Source: Candidatus Entotheonellaceae bacterium (GTDB taxonomy: Bacteria; Tectomicrobia; Entotheonellia; Entotheonellales; Entotheonellaceae). From it: a DNA stretch of 64,000 bases. Location of the stretch: positions 2,016,001-2,080,000 of the forward strand of contig OZ250173.1 of NCBI GenBank assembly GCA_965238075.1, read 5' to 3'. A program made the position numbers and the translations under genes. Under the pieces are notes generated by a model, which had not been told where the DNA came from, searched no databases, and saw nothing but the letters and a program-made list of their open reading frames with translations. Positions 38,505-47,698 of this stretch are shown here, in pieces (the first letter of the stretch is position 1; each line of letters begins with the position of its first letter).

Positions 38505-39374
38505 CTACTGGTACCACTTCTCGCCCATCGCCTCGTACTGATTGATGCTGTGTCCCAGCCACAACTGCGCGTTCTCGATGTCGCGCATCATCTTCAGCCG
38601 GTTCACGGACTTGGTGTAGTCCAGGATGCTGTAGTTCAGGCCGGCGGGATAGCCTTCCAGGTTCTCTTCCATCCACACCGCATCCTGCGTCAGGATGACC
38701 GTGCCGGTGTCGGCCAGCTGCACCTTCACCGATTGATGGCCAAGGGTGTGGCCCGGGGTGCTGATGATGACCATGCTGCCATCGCCGAACAGGTCATAAT
38801 CGCCGTCCAGCGCGAAGTAGTTGAAATCACGCGCGTCATCATAGTCCGCCATGACGTGCGCCCCACCGCGCTGGAATTTCTCCGGCCACCACGCTTGATA
38901 CAGTTCCTTCTTCTGGATCACGTGGATGGCGTTCGGGAACATCTCGATGTTGCCGATGTGGTCCAGGTGCGAGTGGGAGGTGATGACGATCTTCACGTCT
39001 TCGACTTTGAAGCCGAGCTTTTCGAGCTGCTTGTCGATCACGTCCCCGCGCATCTGGGAGGGCTTCAGGAAATCGCAGAGCCCCTCGATCCAATGGCTCG
39101 TGCAGGAGCCGTCGGAAATGGCGATGTTGTTGCCGGTGTCATAGACGACCAGACCCTTCGGGTGGTCGATGACCCACATGTTGATAGGGATCAAGATGTC
39201 ACGGGCATCGGGGTAGGTCGGGATCAGACCCTGGATGTTGAAGGGACCGAACAGGCCGCTGGCCGTCCAGTAGACCTTGGGGCCGGAAGCGCCATGGCTC
39301 ATGGCGGCGGCCGTGGAGGCGCCGATCACACAGACCATGGCGAACAGCGCCATGGCGATCACAAACTTACGCAT
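38505..39374 (-). CDS. Secreted AHL-lactonase-family metallo-hydrolase, copy A
   Basis: Same motifs as copy B; C-terminal two-thirds nearly identical to it. Confidence 0.85.
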   Translation of the reverse strand: MRKFVIAMALFAMVCVIGASTAAAMSHGASGPKVYWTASGLFGPFNIQGLIPTYPDARDILIPINMWVIDHPKGLVVYDTGNNIAISDGSCTSHWIEGLCDFLKPSQMRGDVIDKQLEKLGFKVEDVKIVITSHSHLDHIGNIEMFPNAIHVIQKKELYQAWWPEKFQRGGAHVMADYDDARDFNYFALDGDYDLFGDGSMVIISTPGHTLGHQSVKVQLADTGTVILTQDAVWMEENLEGYPAGLNYSILDYTKSVNRLKMMRDIENAQLWLGHSINQYEAMGEKWYQ

Positions 39375-39530
39375 ACCAAATCTCCTTATAATGGAAAAAG
39401 CGACCCGGGGCGCAGATAGACTCCCGGACCGGAAATCCGCAGACGTTACAGCCTCATTTCACGCGGCGGCGTAACATAGCACGGGGGTTTCCGGCGTGTC
39501 AAACGCCAAAAAAGTGGCGTCAAATAAGGC

Positions 39531-40283
39531 TTACAATGCTGTTACGCCCCCGTCGATGACCATCTCGCTGCCGGTCATGAACGACGACTCGTCGGAGGCC
39601 AGAAACAGCACCCCGTAGGCGATTTCATCGGGGTCGGCGTATCTGCCGAGCGGGGTGCGGCGCTGCATGGCTTGCAGCCACTCCGGGTCGGACCAACCGC
39701 GTTCGGTCATCGGCGTTTTCACCGGGCCGGGATGGATGGAGTTGCAGCGGATGCCCTCGGCGGCGTGCTGCACCGCGGTGGACTTGGTGAGAATGCGCAC
39801 CGCGCCCTTGGAGGCGTTGTAGCCGGGGTGGATGTTGGTCTGCCCCACCATGCCGGATATCGACGAGATGTTGATGATGGAACCGCCGCCCGCCGCGCGC
39901 ATCGCCGGGATGACCGCCTTGGTGCCCAGAAACACCCCTTTGGCGTTGACCTCCATGATGCGGTCCCAATCCTCCACGGTGGCGTCGTCCCCGGCGTCCC
40001 AACTGGCGATGCCGGCGTTGTTGACCAGAATGTCCACCTTGCCGAAGCGCGACACCGCGGTGCCGACCGCCTCGCGCCAGGCGTCCTCGTCGGTCACGTC
40101 CAGCCGCACGTAAACAGCCTCGCCGCCCGCTGCCGCAATCTCAGCTTCAACCTGCCGGCCGTCGTCGTCCAGGATGTCGCCAAACACGACCTTGGCGCCT
40201 TCCCGCGTAAACATCCTCGCCTCTGCCGCCCCCTGCCCGCGAGCGCCCCCGGTAATAATCGCGACCTTGCCCTGTAAGCGCAT
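39531..40283 (-). CDS. SDR-family oxidoreductase
   Basis: TGGARGQG, NNAG, YNASK, IHPG. Confidence 0.93.
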   Translation of the reverse strand: MRLQGKVAIITGGARGQGAAEARMFTREGAKVVFGDILDDDGRQVEAEIAAAGGEAVYVRLDVTDEDAWREAVGTAVSRFGKVDILVNNAGIASWDAGDDATVEDWDRIMEVNAKGVFLGTKAVIPAMRAAGGGSIINISSISGMVGQTNIHPGYNASKGAVRILTKSTAVQHAAEGIRCNSIHPGPVKTPMTERGWSDPEWLQAMQRRTPLGRYADPDEIAYGVLFLASDESSFMTGSEMVIDGGVTAL

Positions 40284-40434
40284 TCGTCTGTCTCCTTGAA
40301 TCATAAAGTGGTGAGTGATCAGCGGTTCATCGCGGGGCGTAGTATCCCCGTTTGACAGGGCAATGCGCAACCGGCTCGTATCCTATGGCGCTGCGTACAG
40401 ATGGAACAGTACGTACTGCCGATCTGTAATGCGC

Positions 40435-40463
40435 TTGACTGAATGTCAACTGTGGTTTACAAA
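40435..40463 (+). promoter_or_regulatory. Candidate TA promoter with operator
   Basis: TTGACT-17 nt-TACAAA, ending 6 nt before ATG 40470; overlaps the near-palindrome TGTCAACTGTGGTTTACA (40444-40461). Confidence 0.6.
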
Positions 40464-40469
40464 TGACGC

Positions 40470-40760
40470 ATGATCGAAGTGATCGAAAGCGCCACCTTCA
40501 ACCGGTGGATTCGCGACCTGCGCGATCGGGCCGCGGTGGCCCGCATCAATGCCCGCCTGCGAAACGTCTCGCTAGGGAACTTCGGCGACGTCAGGACAAT
40601 AGGCGGCGGCATATCCGAACTGCGTGTTCACCACGGGCCGGGGTATCGCCTCTATTTCATGCGAGAGGGCGAGACGGTCGTTCTGCTTTGCGGGGGCGAC
40701 AAGGACAGCCAGCAACGCGACATCGAACGCGCTAGGCGTGTGGCGACGGACTGGAGGTAG
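40470..40760 (+). CDS. Addiction-module toxin (RelE/HigB-like, HI1419 type)
   Basis: GNFGD..GGGISELRVHHGPGYRLYF..LLCGGDK.SQ.RDI. Confidence 0.92.
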   Translation: MIEVIESATFNRWIRDLRDRAAVARINARLRNVSLGNFGDVRTIGGGISELRVHHGPGYRLYFMREGETVVLLCGGDKDSQQRDIERARRVATDWR

Positions 40761-40762
40761 TT

Positions 40763-41050
40763 ATGCCTGAAACATTCACAAGATGGGACGCCGCGGAACA
40801 TCTGCGCACGAAGGAAGATGTGCGCCTTTACCTCGAAGCCTGTGCGAAGGAAGACCCGGGCGACGGGAGCCTGATCCGCGCTGCCCTGAACGACATCGCA
40901 CGGGCACAGAACATGACTCTGCTGGCCCGTGACATCGGGATGAGCCGGGAAGGACTTTATAAGGCGCTCTCCGAAAACGGCAACCCCAGCTTCGCCACGA
41001 TCATGCGGATCATGCGGGCGTTGGGCATGCAGCTGCGTATTACGGTGTAG
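40763..41050 (+). CDS. Addiction-module antidote (HI1420-type HTH)
   Basis: WDAAEHL..YLEA..ALNDIARA..MSREGLYKALS..GNPSFAT. Confidence 0.92.
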   Translation: MPETFTRWDAAEHLRTKEDVRLYLEACAKEDPGDGSLIRAALNDIARAQNMTLLARDIGMSREGLYKALSENGNPSFATIMRIMRALGMQLRITV

Positions 41051-41064
41051 GCGAGCACAAACAC

Positions 41065-41373
41065 ATGAGCGAAGAGAAAATCACGCGTATGTCGTTGGCG
41101 GAGGCGAATCGCCATAAGGGCAAAGGGCAAACCGACTGGGACCGGCTGCAGCGGGAGCAAGCCGATGGCGTGGAGCCGGAAGCGGACCCGGAGGAAGGCG
41201 AGGTCGACTGGTCGCAGGCCAGGGTCGTGATGCCGCCGTCCAAGTAGGCCCTCCCGGTGCGTATTGACAGGGATGTGCTTGAGTTCTTCAAGTCCCAGGG
41301 GCGCGGCTATCAGACGCGCATCAATGCGGTCCTGCGCAGCTATATGGAAACAGAGCGGGGGCGGACGGTGTAA
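41065..41373 (+). pseudogene. brnA: BrnA-family antitoxin with an in-frame TAG at 41245-41247; no brnT present
   Basis: ..TDWDRL..PPSK*ALPVRIDRDVLEFFKSQGRGYQTRINAVLRSYME. Confidence 0.85.
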
Positions 41374-41447
41374 AGGCAGATCACGGTGTGCCGAGGAACT
41401 CCTGGCGGAAGGCAGGGCGGATCGACTTCCAGATATGAGGAGATGGC

Positions 41448-42305
41448 GTGATGCTTCGTGAACGTGCACCTCGTTTCAGACTGGCGCTACTTTCAGCCTT
41501 GGTGAGTTCGGCTGTTTTCCTGCTCGCCGGCTGTGAGCAAGCGAAGGAGCCTCTGCCGAGCAGCTTCGATACCGCTGATGTCGACACCTACTGCAGGGAC
41601 TGGGCCAAATTACGGAATGCCGGCTTCGTGTACGAGAACAACGTCTGGAACCAAGGAACTATCAAAAGAGAACATCGTGCCCAATGCCTGTTGAAGCGTG
41701 TTGTGGATGGAAAAGTGCAGTACGGCTGGCGCTGGCAATGGCCGCGCGGAAGCGAGAACGTAAAGGCATATCCGGAAGTCATCTATGGACATAAACCATG
41801 GTTCACGTCTTCGACGACGGCGAACCTGCCGCGTCGAATATCCGCTATCGACGAGCTATCCGTTGCTTATGACATCGAGATGCGGGTGCGGGGGCGCTAC
41901 AACTTGGCCTTCGACATATGGGTGACAAACAGCGGGAGGCCGACACCGTCGGCCATCACGCATGAAATCATGATCTGGGTGGGCGAACGGACGCGGGCGT
42001 GGGAACCTTCTGCGGGGTATCTGGCCAAAAGGGTCACGATTGGCGACGTGACGTATGACCTCACCATCAGGCCGCACGCCGAGTGGCTCAAGGAGCACGG
42101 CGCCCCGAAGGTCGCCTACATCGCCTTCAACGCCCGCACGGCCCAGCTAAGCGGCAGAATCGACGTCAAGGAATTTCTCGATTACCTGACGGATCACGGC
42201 CACCTTTCTGCCGATGGTTACGTGGCCTCGGTGGAGTTGGGAAACGAGATCATGAACGGCACCGGCGAGCTATGGCTCAAGAGCTATCGAATCAGCGTCA
42301 ACTAA
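41448..42305 (+). CDS. Glycoside hydrolase family 12-like lipoprotein
   Basis: LAGC lipobox; NNVWN, AYP..IYG.KPW, AFDIW, EIMIW, ELGNE. Confidence 0.82.
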   Translation: MMLRERAPRFRLALLSALVSSAVFLLAGCEQAKEPLPSSFDTADVDTYCRDWAKLRNAGFVYENNVWNQGTIKREHRAQCLLKRVVDGKVQYGWRWQWPRGSENVKAYPEVIYGHKPWFTSSTTANLPRRISAIDELSVAYDIEMRVRGRYNLAFDIWVTNSGRPTPSAITHEIMIWVGERTRAWEPSAGYLAKRVTIGDVTYDLTIRPHAEWLKEHGAPKVAYIAFNARTAQLSGRIDVKEFLDYLTDHGHLSADGYVASVELGNEIMNGTGELWLKSYRISVN

Positions 42306-42352
42306 GAGCTCGGAAATTGTCCAGAATACCTATCGAAACATAAGAAGGTCCG

Positions 42353-42838
42353 ATGGCTGTCGAACCCCCTTTACTGATCATGCTCGTCGGCCTGCCGGGA
42401 AGTGGCAAGAGTGCTGCCGCCGAACGCTTGGCTTCTGTAACCAGGAGCCAGGGACGACCGTGCGAAATTATTGGGACCGACGTCTACCTGGAGGCCGAGG
42501 CTGCCCGCCGAGGTCTGCCATATACAACCATTTTCGCGGAGCAGCGCGACTTAGCGGACGCCATCATGTGGAGGCAGGCCAAGGAGGTCATCCGCAGACG
42601 AATTTCCGTAATTTGGGATCAGACGAACCTCACGGTGAACGGTCGCCGCCGGCGCCTGTGTCTATTCCCCAGGGATTACTTGTGTATCGCGGCCGTCATG
42701 CCCACGGCCAACGACAAAGCCCGGGAACGCAACCTTGCGCGCGGCCCGGATCGCGCGGTGCCAGAGGACGCCTTTAATCGCATGCGGGCCGAATTCCGCC
42801 GTCCAACCGAGGAAGAGGACTTCCAGATGTTCCTCTGA
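42353..42838 (+). CDS. AAA_33/polynucleotide-kinase-like P-loop kinase
   Basis: GLPGSGKS, IWDQTN..RR, RN..R..VPE..RM...F..PT.EE.F. Confidence 0.8.
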   Translation: MAVEPPLLIMLVGLPGSGKSAAAERLASVTRSQGRPCEIIGTDVYLEAEAARRGLPYTTIFAEQRDLADAIMWRQAKEVIRRRISVIWDQTNLTVNGRRRRLCLFPRDYLCIAAVMPTANDKARERNLARGPDRAVPEDAFNRMRAEFRRPTEEEDFQMFL

Positions 42839-42949
42839 TGCGTCGTAAAGAAAGACCCGTCGAGACGAAAGGTGGTACCTGGCGGAGAGTGGGGACGGTT
42901 TGCGGAGTCGACAAAGCGGTCGATGCAGTCGGGCCCCCACTTTTTTGGG

Positions 42950-43092
42950 GGACTGCCATCTGGTTGCCGGCGATAGGGCAGCTTCGGCATGCCGGAGGTG
43001 AGCAGCCAGCGTGCGACCGGCGGCACTTCAGTCGCGTCGCTGTAGCTGCCGATATGCGCGGCAACCCCAACGTTGTGAACGATATTGTGCAT
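42950..43092 (-). pseudogene. Possible 5' remnant of a RidA/YjgF-family gene
   Basis: GGAGG, then MHNIVHNVGVAAHIGSYSDATEVPPVARWLLTSG; the resemblance fades after about 45 codons. Confidence 0.45.
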
Positions 43093-43268
43093 CAAGCGCC
43101 TCCTTCCTCGTGTCTGATCTCCCCTGCAGATTGCGTCGGCACTTCTGTGCATTTCAGCAGATTCCGACAGAGAATACCCGTGTTTCCAAATGGACAACGC
43201 CGAGGGGGCGGGGTAGGTTAGAACCTTCCCAAAGTGGATACATTGACAAAAACGGGGACGGACTGAAG

Positions 43269-43838
43269 ATGAACAAACAGGATGGGGGCCGGCGCGACCG
43301 CAGCGGCGCTCGCGGCGTGGCGATCGGCATCGTCGCCATGGCGGTGGTGGTGACGGCCTCGAACATTCTGGTGCAATATCCGATCAACGACTGGTTGAGG
43401 TAGGGCGCGCTGTCGTACCCGTTCGCGTTTCTGGTCACCGATCTGACGAATCGGCGCTTGGGGCCGGGCAGCGCGCGGCGCGTGGTGTGGGCAGGCTTTG
43501 CGTTTGCGGTCGTGCTGTCCGCGTGGCTGGCAACGCCGCGCATTGCCGGGGCGTCGGGGAGCGCCTTTCTGGTCAGCCAGCTCACCGACGTGTGGGTGTT
43601 TGACCGGCTGCGGCATCTCAAGTGGTGGCAAGCGCCGCTGGTGTCGTCGTCGTTGGGGTCGATCCTGGATACGGCGCTGTTCTTCTCCCTGGCCTTTGCC
43701 GGAACCGGCCTGCCGTGGACCACGTGGGCAGTGGGCGACCTGGCGGTGAAAGCGGTGTTTGCGGCGCTGTTGTTGATCCCGTTCCGACTGTTGCTGGGCG
43801 TGATCCGGCCAGTTGGGCAAACGGCCGTAGAAGCGTGA
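43269..43838 (+). pseudogene. Queuosine-precursor transporter (VUT/YhhQ family) with an in-frame TAG at 43401-43403
   Basis: ASNILVQYPINDWLR*GALSYPFAFLVTDLTNR..GPGSARRVV..AFLVSQLTD..SILDTALFF, all in one frame. Confidence 0.85.
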
Positions 43839-43873
43839 GCTGGGGGCCTTGGATCATCTGAGGAGGTAGCGCT

Positions 43874-44635
43874 TTGGGTGACGTGACGGGCACCGATCTG
43901 ACGCAATTCCGCGATTATATTGAAGACGCCAGCCGCATCGTGTTTTTCACCGGCGCCGGCGTCAGCACCGAATCGGGCATTCCCGATTTTCGCAGTCCGG
44001 GCGGCATCTGGACCCGGTTTCGGCCCATCGACTTCGCGGAGTTCATGGCGTCGCGGGAGGCTCGGCGGGAAGCCTGGCGGCGCAAGTTCGAGACCGACAA
44101 GACGCTCAGCATCGCCAAGCCCAACGACGGGCACGCCGCCATCGCCCGGCTGGTGCGGCGGGGCAGCGCGTCGTGCGTCATCACCCAGAACATCGATGGG
44201 CTGCACCAGGCGTCCGGGGTGCCGGATGAGCAGGTCATCGAACTGCACGGCAACACGACGTACGCCCATTGTCTCGGCTGCCGCGAGCGCTATGAGCTTG
44301 AACCCATCCGGGAGCGGTTCGAGCGGGATGGCGAGCCGCCGGATTGCCACTGCGGGGGTTACATCAAGACCGCTACGATCTCGTTCGGCCAGGCGATGCC
44401 GGAGGCGGAGATGGCGCGCGCCGAGGCGGAAACGAACGCCTGCGACCTGTTCGTGGCCGTCGGCTCATCCCTGGTCGTCTACCCCGCCGCCGGTTTTCCC
44501 GCCCTCGCCAAGCGGCGCGGCGCCCGCCTGGTGATTCTCAACCGCGAGCCGACTGACCTCGACCCCGTCGCCGACCTGGTGCTGCACCGCGAAATCGGCC
44601 CGACTCTGGCAAGCGTGTCCGGGGCTGGGTCCTGA
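43874..44635 (+). CDS. cobB: NAD-dependent deacylase (Sir2/CobB)
   Basis: GAGVSTESGIPDFR, TQNIDGLH, ELHG, C..C/C.C, GSSL.V.PAA. Confidence 0.92.
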   Translation: MGDVTGTDLTQFRDYIEDASRIVFFTGAGVSTESGIPDFRSPGGIWTRFRPIDFAEFMASREARREAWRRKFETDKTLSIAKPNDGHAAIARLVRRGSASCVITQNIDGLHQASGVPDEQVIELHGNTTYAHCLGCRERYELEPIRERFERDGEPPDCHCGGYIKTATISFGQAMPEAEMARAEAETNACDLFVAVGSSLVVYPAAGFPALAKRRGARLVILNREPTDLDPVADLVLHREIGPTLASVSGAGS

Positions 44636-44664
44636 TCCGCCGCACTTTTCCTGAACGGAAGACC

Positions 44665-45594
44665 ATGCCCCACACCTTTGAGATCATCCCGCGAGCCCCG
44701 TATTCATTCGACCTGACCGCCGCGCGTCTCGGGCGGTTTGACAGCGAGATCGTCGATCTGCTCGACGGCAAGCAGTACCGCCGCCTGCTCACCGCTGGTC
44801 GCCAGCTCGCCCTGGCCACAGTGACGGACGTTGGCACGGTCGGCAAGCCGCGTCTCGCGGTGGAATTGCGGAGTCCGTCCAAGGCGCCCCTGCAACGGGA
44901 GGCCTTCGAGGTGCAGGTGCGGCACATCCTGTGCACCGATCTCGATCTCAGACCGTTCTACCGCCTGGCGCGCGGCAACGACCTGCTGGCGCCGCTGGTC
45001 ACCCGCTTCCGCGGTCTGCGCCTGGCGGCCAGCCCGACGCTCTTCGAGGCGCTGGTCGGCGCGGTGCTGTCGCAGCAGGTCAACCTCACGTTTGCGTATT
45101 CCATCAAGCGGGAACTGGTTGAAAGCTTCGGGCGCAAATGGCGTGTCGGGGGCCGCACCTATTGGGCATTCCCGGAGCCGCGCCGCTTTGCCGAGCGCAG
45201 CGTGGAGGACCTGCGCGCCTTCCGCCTGAGCAACGCCAAGGCCGGCGCCCTCATCCGCCTTGGCGACGCCTTTGCTTCATCCACCCCTTTCCCCGCTCCG
45301 GCCGCCGAGCTGGCCTCGCTGTCCGACGACGACCTCATCGAGCGCCTGACTGCCCTCAAGGGCATCGGCCGCTGGACCGCCGAAACCGCTCTGGTGCGCG
45401 GCCTCATCCGTCCCGACGTCTTTCCCGCCGGTGATCTTGCGGTCGTCAAATACCTCGCCCAAAGCCTGTTGGGCAAAACGGAAAAAGCCTCCGAAGCCGA
45501 GATGCGCGCCTTTGCCGAAGGCTGGCGCCCCTACCGCGGCCTCGCCCTCGTTTATTGCTACGCCGAAATGGGTCGGCGGCGCAGCGAGGGCTGA
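44665..45594 (+). CDS. alkA: DNA-3-methyladenine glycosylase II
   Basis: FEALVGAVLSQQV, FP.P, LKGIGRWTA, FPAGD, WRPYR. Confidence 0.9.
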   Translation: MPHTFEIIPRAPYSFDLTAARLGRFDSEIVDLLDGKQYRRLLTAGRQLALATVTDVGTVGKPRLAVELRSPSKAPLQREAFEVQVRHILCTDLDLRPFYRLARGNDLLAPLVTRFRGLRLAASPTLFEALVGAVLSQQVNLTFAYSIKRELVESFGRKWRVGGRTYWAFPEPRRFAERSVEDLRAFRLSNAKAGALIRLGDAFASSTPFPAPAAELASLSDDDLIERLTALKGIGRWTAETALVRGLIRPDVFPAGDLAVVKYLAQSLLGKTEKASEAEMRAFAEGWRPYRGLALVYCYAEMGRRRSEG

Positions 45595-45733
45595 GGGCAG
45601 CCTGGTTGACACTTTCGTCGGGACTGGTGTCTAATTTCGGCGGGCAGAATAACGGCTTTGACAGCGATCAGGACCACGCCGGGGCGCCGATTCCGTCGGT
45701 GCTCACCGACCATGGGTTGAGAGGGATCACGTC

Positions 45734-46828
45734 ATGAAATTCGGTTTCTTCACCATCATTCCGTTCCACGAGAGCGACACGGAGCCGCGGCTGTTTCACG
45801 AAACGCTGGAGCGCATCGAGCTGGTCGATCAGCTGGGGTTCGACGAGGTGTGGATCGGGGAGCATCACTTCTCGCGGCACGGGCTGGTCTCGGGGGTCAA
45901 CACGTGGATGGGCGCGATCGCGGCGCGGACCAAGCGGGTGCGCATCGGCACGGCGATCACTATTCTGCCCTTCCACAATCCGATCATGGCGGCGGAAGAA
46001 GCGGCGACGCTGGACATCCTCAGCAACGGGCGGCTCAATTTCGGTATCGGCAGCGGCTACCAGCGGCAGGAGTTCGACGGCCTCGGCGTGCCGATCAACG
46101 AGGCGCGCGAGCGGTTTCGCGAATCGCTTGAGGTCATCACGCGCGCCTGGACGGAGGAGCGGCTCACCTTTCACGGCAAATACACGCAGGTGGACGACCT
46201 CTGGGTGCTGCCCAAGCCGGTGCAAAAGCCGCACCCGCCGCTGTACATCGCCGTCAGCACCAGCCCGACCAGCGTCGAGTTTGCCGCCAGCCGCCGCATT
46301 CCGATCATTGTCGGCGGCCCCACCGACGTGATGGGGCAGGCGCCACAGGTGGTCAAGCTGTGGCACGACAAAATGGAAGCGTTCGGCCACGAGCACGCCC
46401 ACATCGACCTGCCGGTGGCCAGCCGAGTGTACGTCGCGCCGACGATGGACGAGGCGCAGGGCGACATCCGGGGGCTTGAGGATTTCCACGGCCGCGTAAT
46501 GAGCAGCATCGGCACCACCGGGGCGCCCGTCGGCATGCCGACCGACCGGGACGGCAACCTGCCGCCGGGCTACGAGTTCTGGGCCAACCGGCAGCGTGAT
46601 CGCGACCGTTCGGCGGAACCCGGCCAGACCGTCATGCCGCCGCTCATCGGCACGCCGGAGGTGGTCAGCGAGCGCCTGGCGCTGATCGAGCAGCGCGGCA
46701 TTCGTCGCGTGTTCGCCCAATTCGGCTTTCCCGGCGTGCCGCACGCTAAGGTCATGCGCGCCCTCGAATTGTTCGGCACCCAGGTGATGCCGCATTTTCG
46801 CGCCCAAACGGCCGGCGTGGCCGGGTAG
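45734..46828 (+). CDS. LLM-class flavin-dependent oxidoreductase
   Basis: GFDEVWIGEHHF, AEEAATLDILSNGR, PKPVQKPHPP. Confidence 0.92.
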   Translation: MKFGFFTIIPFHESDTEPRLFHETLERIELVDQLGFDEVWIGEHHFSRHGLVSGVNTWMGAIAARTKRVRIGTAITILPFHNPIMAAEEAATLDILSNGRLNFGIGSGYQRQEFDGLGVPINEARERFRESLEVITRAWTEERLTFHGKYTQVDDLWVLPKPVQKPHPPLYIAVSTSPTSVEFAASRRIPIIVGGPTDVMGQAPQVVKLWHDKMEAFGHEHAHIDLPVASRVYVAPTMDEAQGDIRGLEDFHGRVMSSIGTTGAPVGMPTDRDGNLPPGYEFWANRQRDRDRSAEPGQTVMPPLIGTPEVVSERLALIEQRGIRRVFAQFGFPGVPHAKVMRALELFGTQVMPHFRAQTAGVAG

Positions 46829-46839
46829 CGGGGCGCCGT

Positions 46840-47694
46840 ATGCAGGTTGTTGCGGACATCGCTGCCGTCCGCCGCGCGTGCCGTGCCGACCCTTCGGCCA
46901 CCTGGGGGCTCGTGCCCACCATGGGTTTCCTGCACGAGGGGCACCTCAGCCTGGTGCGCCAAGCCCGCCGCGATAACGCCCGCGTCGGCGTCAGCATCTT
47001 CGTCAACCCCGCCCAGTTCCATAATCCCGACGATCTGGCAACCTACCCGCGCGACCCCGAACGCGACCTCGCCTTGCTGAAGCAGGAGGGGGTTGATCTG
47101 GTCTGGACGCCGTCGCCGGATCTGGTGTATCCCGCCGGCTACCAGACGTATATCCACGTGGAAGAAGCGTCCCGTCCGCTGGAGGGCGCCGCGCGGCCCG
47201 GCCATTTTCGCGGCGTGGCTACCGTCGTCGCCAAGCTGCTGAACGTCTTTCAGCCCCAGCGCGTCTACTTCGGAGAGAAGGACGCCCAGCAGGTGGCGGT
47301 CATCAAGCGCATGGTGGAGGACCTCAACTTCCCGCTGACGGTGGTCAGTTGTCCCACCGTGCGGGAGCCGGACGGCCTCGCCATGAGCTCGCGCAACGTC
47401 CTGCTATCCCCGCAAGCGCGTCCGCACGCCACCTGCCTGTTTCGCGCTTTGCAGGCCGGCAGTGACGCCTTCGCACAGGGCCAGCGCCAGGCGAAGTCGT
47501 TGTGTGATGCCATGCGGACGGTGATTGATGCCACGCCGATGGCGCGTATCGATTACGTCAGTGTCGCGCACCCGCAAACGTTGGTGGAATTGGAGGCCGT
47601 GGAGGGCGCCGCCCTGCTGTCGCTGGCGGTCTTTGTCGATGAGGTACGGCTGATCGACAACATCACGGTGGGTGAGTTGGGCTGCGCCAATTAG
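46840..47694 (+). CDS. panC: Pantoate-beta-alanine ligase
   Basis: VPTMGFLHEGHLSL, SIFVNP, RPGHFRGV, FGEKDAQQ, DGLAMSSRN, RLIDN. Confidence 0.96.
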   Translation: MQVVADIAAVRRACRADPSATWGLVPTMGFLHEGHLSLVRQARRDNARVGVSIFVNPAQFHNPDDLATYPRDPERDLALLKQEGVDLVWTPSPDLVYPAGYQTYIHVEEASRPLEGAARPGHFRGVATVVAKLLNVFQPQRVYFGEKDAQQVAVIKRMVEDLNFPLTVVSCPTVREPDGLAMSSRNVLLSPQARPHATCLFRALQAGSDAFAQGQRQAKSLCDAMRTVIDATPMARIDYVSVAHPQTLVELEAVEGAALLSLAVFVDEVRLIDNITVGELGCAN

Positions 47695-47698
47695 CGAG

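Noticed and set aside
30769-41050. Antidote copies as att-like direct repeats of a 10-kb island
   Set aside because: The copies are strongly diverged, no recombinase is present, and most enclosed genes have host-like composition
43200-43268. preQ1 riboswitch upstream of the yhhQ-like gene
   Set aside because: No convincing stem-loop with the A-rich tail consensus
2265-43403. Stop-codon recoding as the explanation for in-frame TAG/TGA in hicA, brnA and the yhhQ-like gene
   Set aside because: TAG and TGA end many conserved genes here at the expected positions, and the three sites correspond to different residues (probably R, Q, W)
43874-44635. CobB as part of the SIR2 defence locus
   Set aside because: Ordinary zinc-binding deacylase on the opposite strand among housekeeping genes
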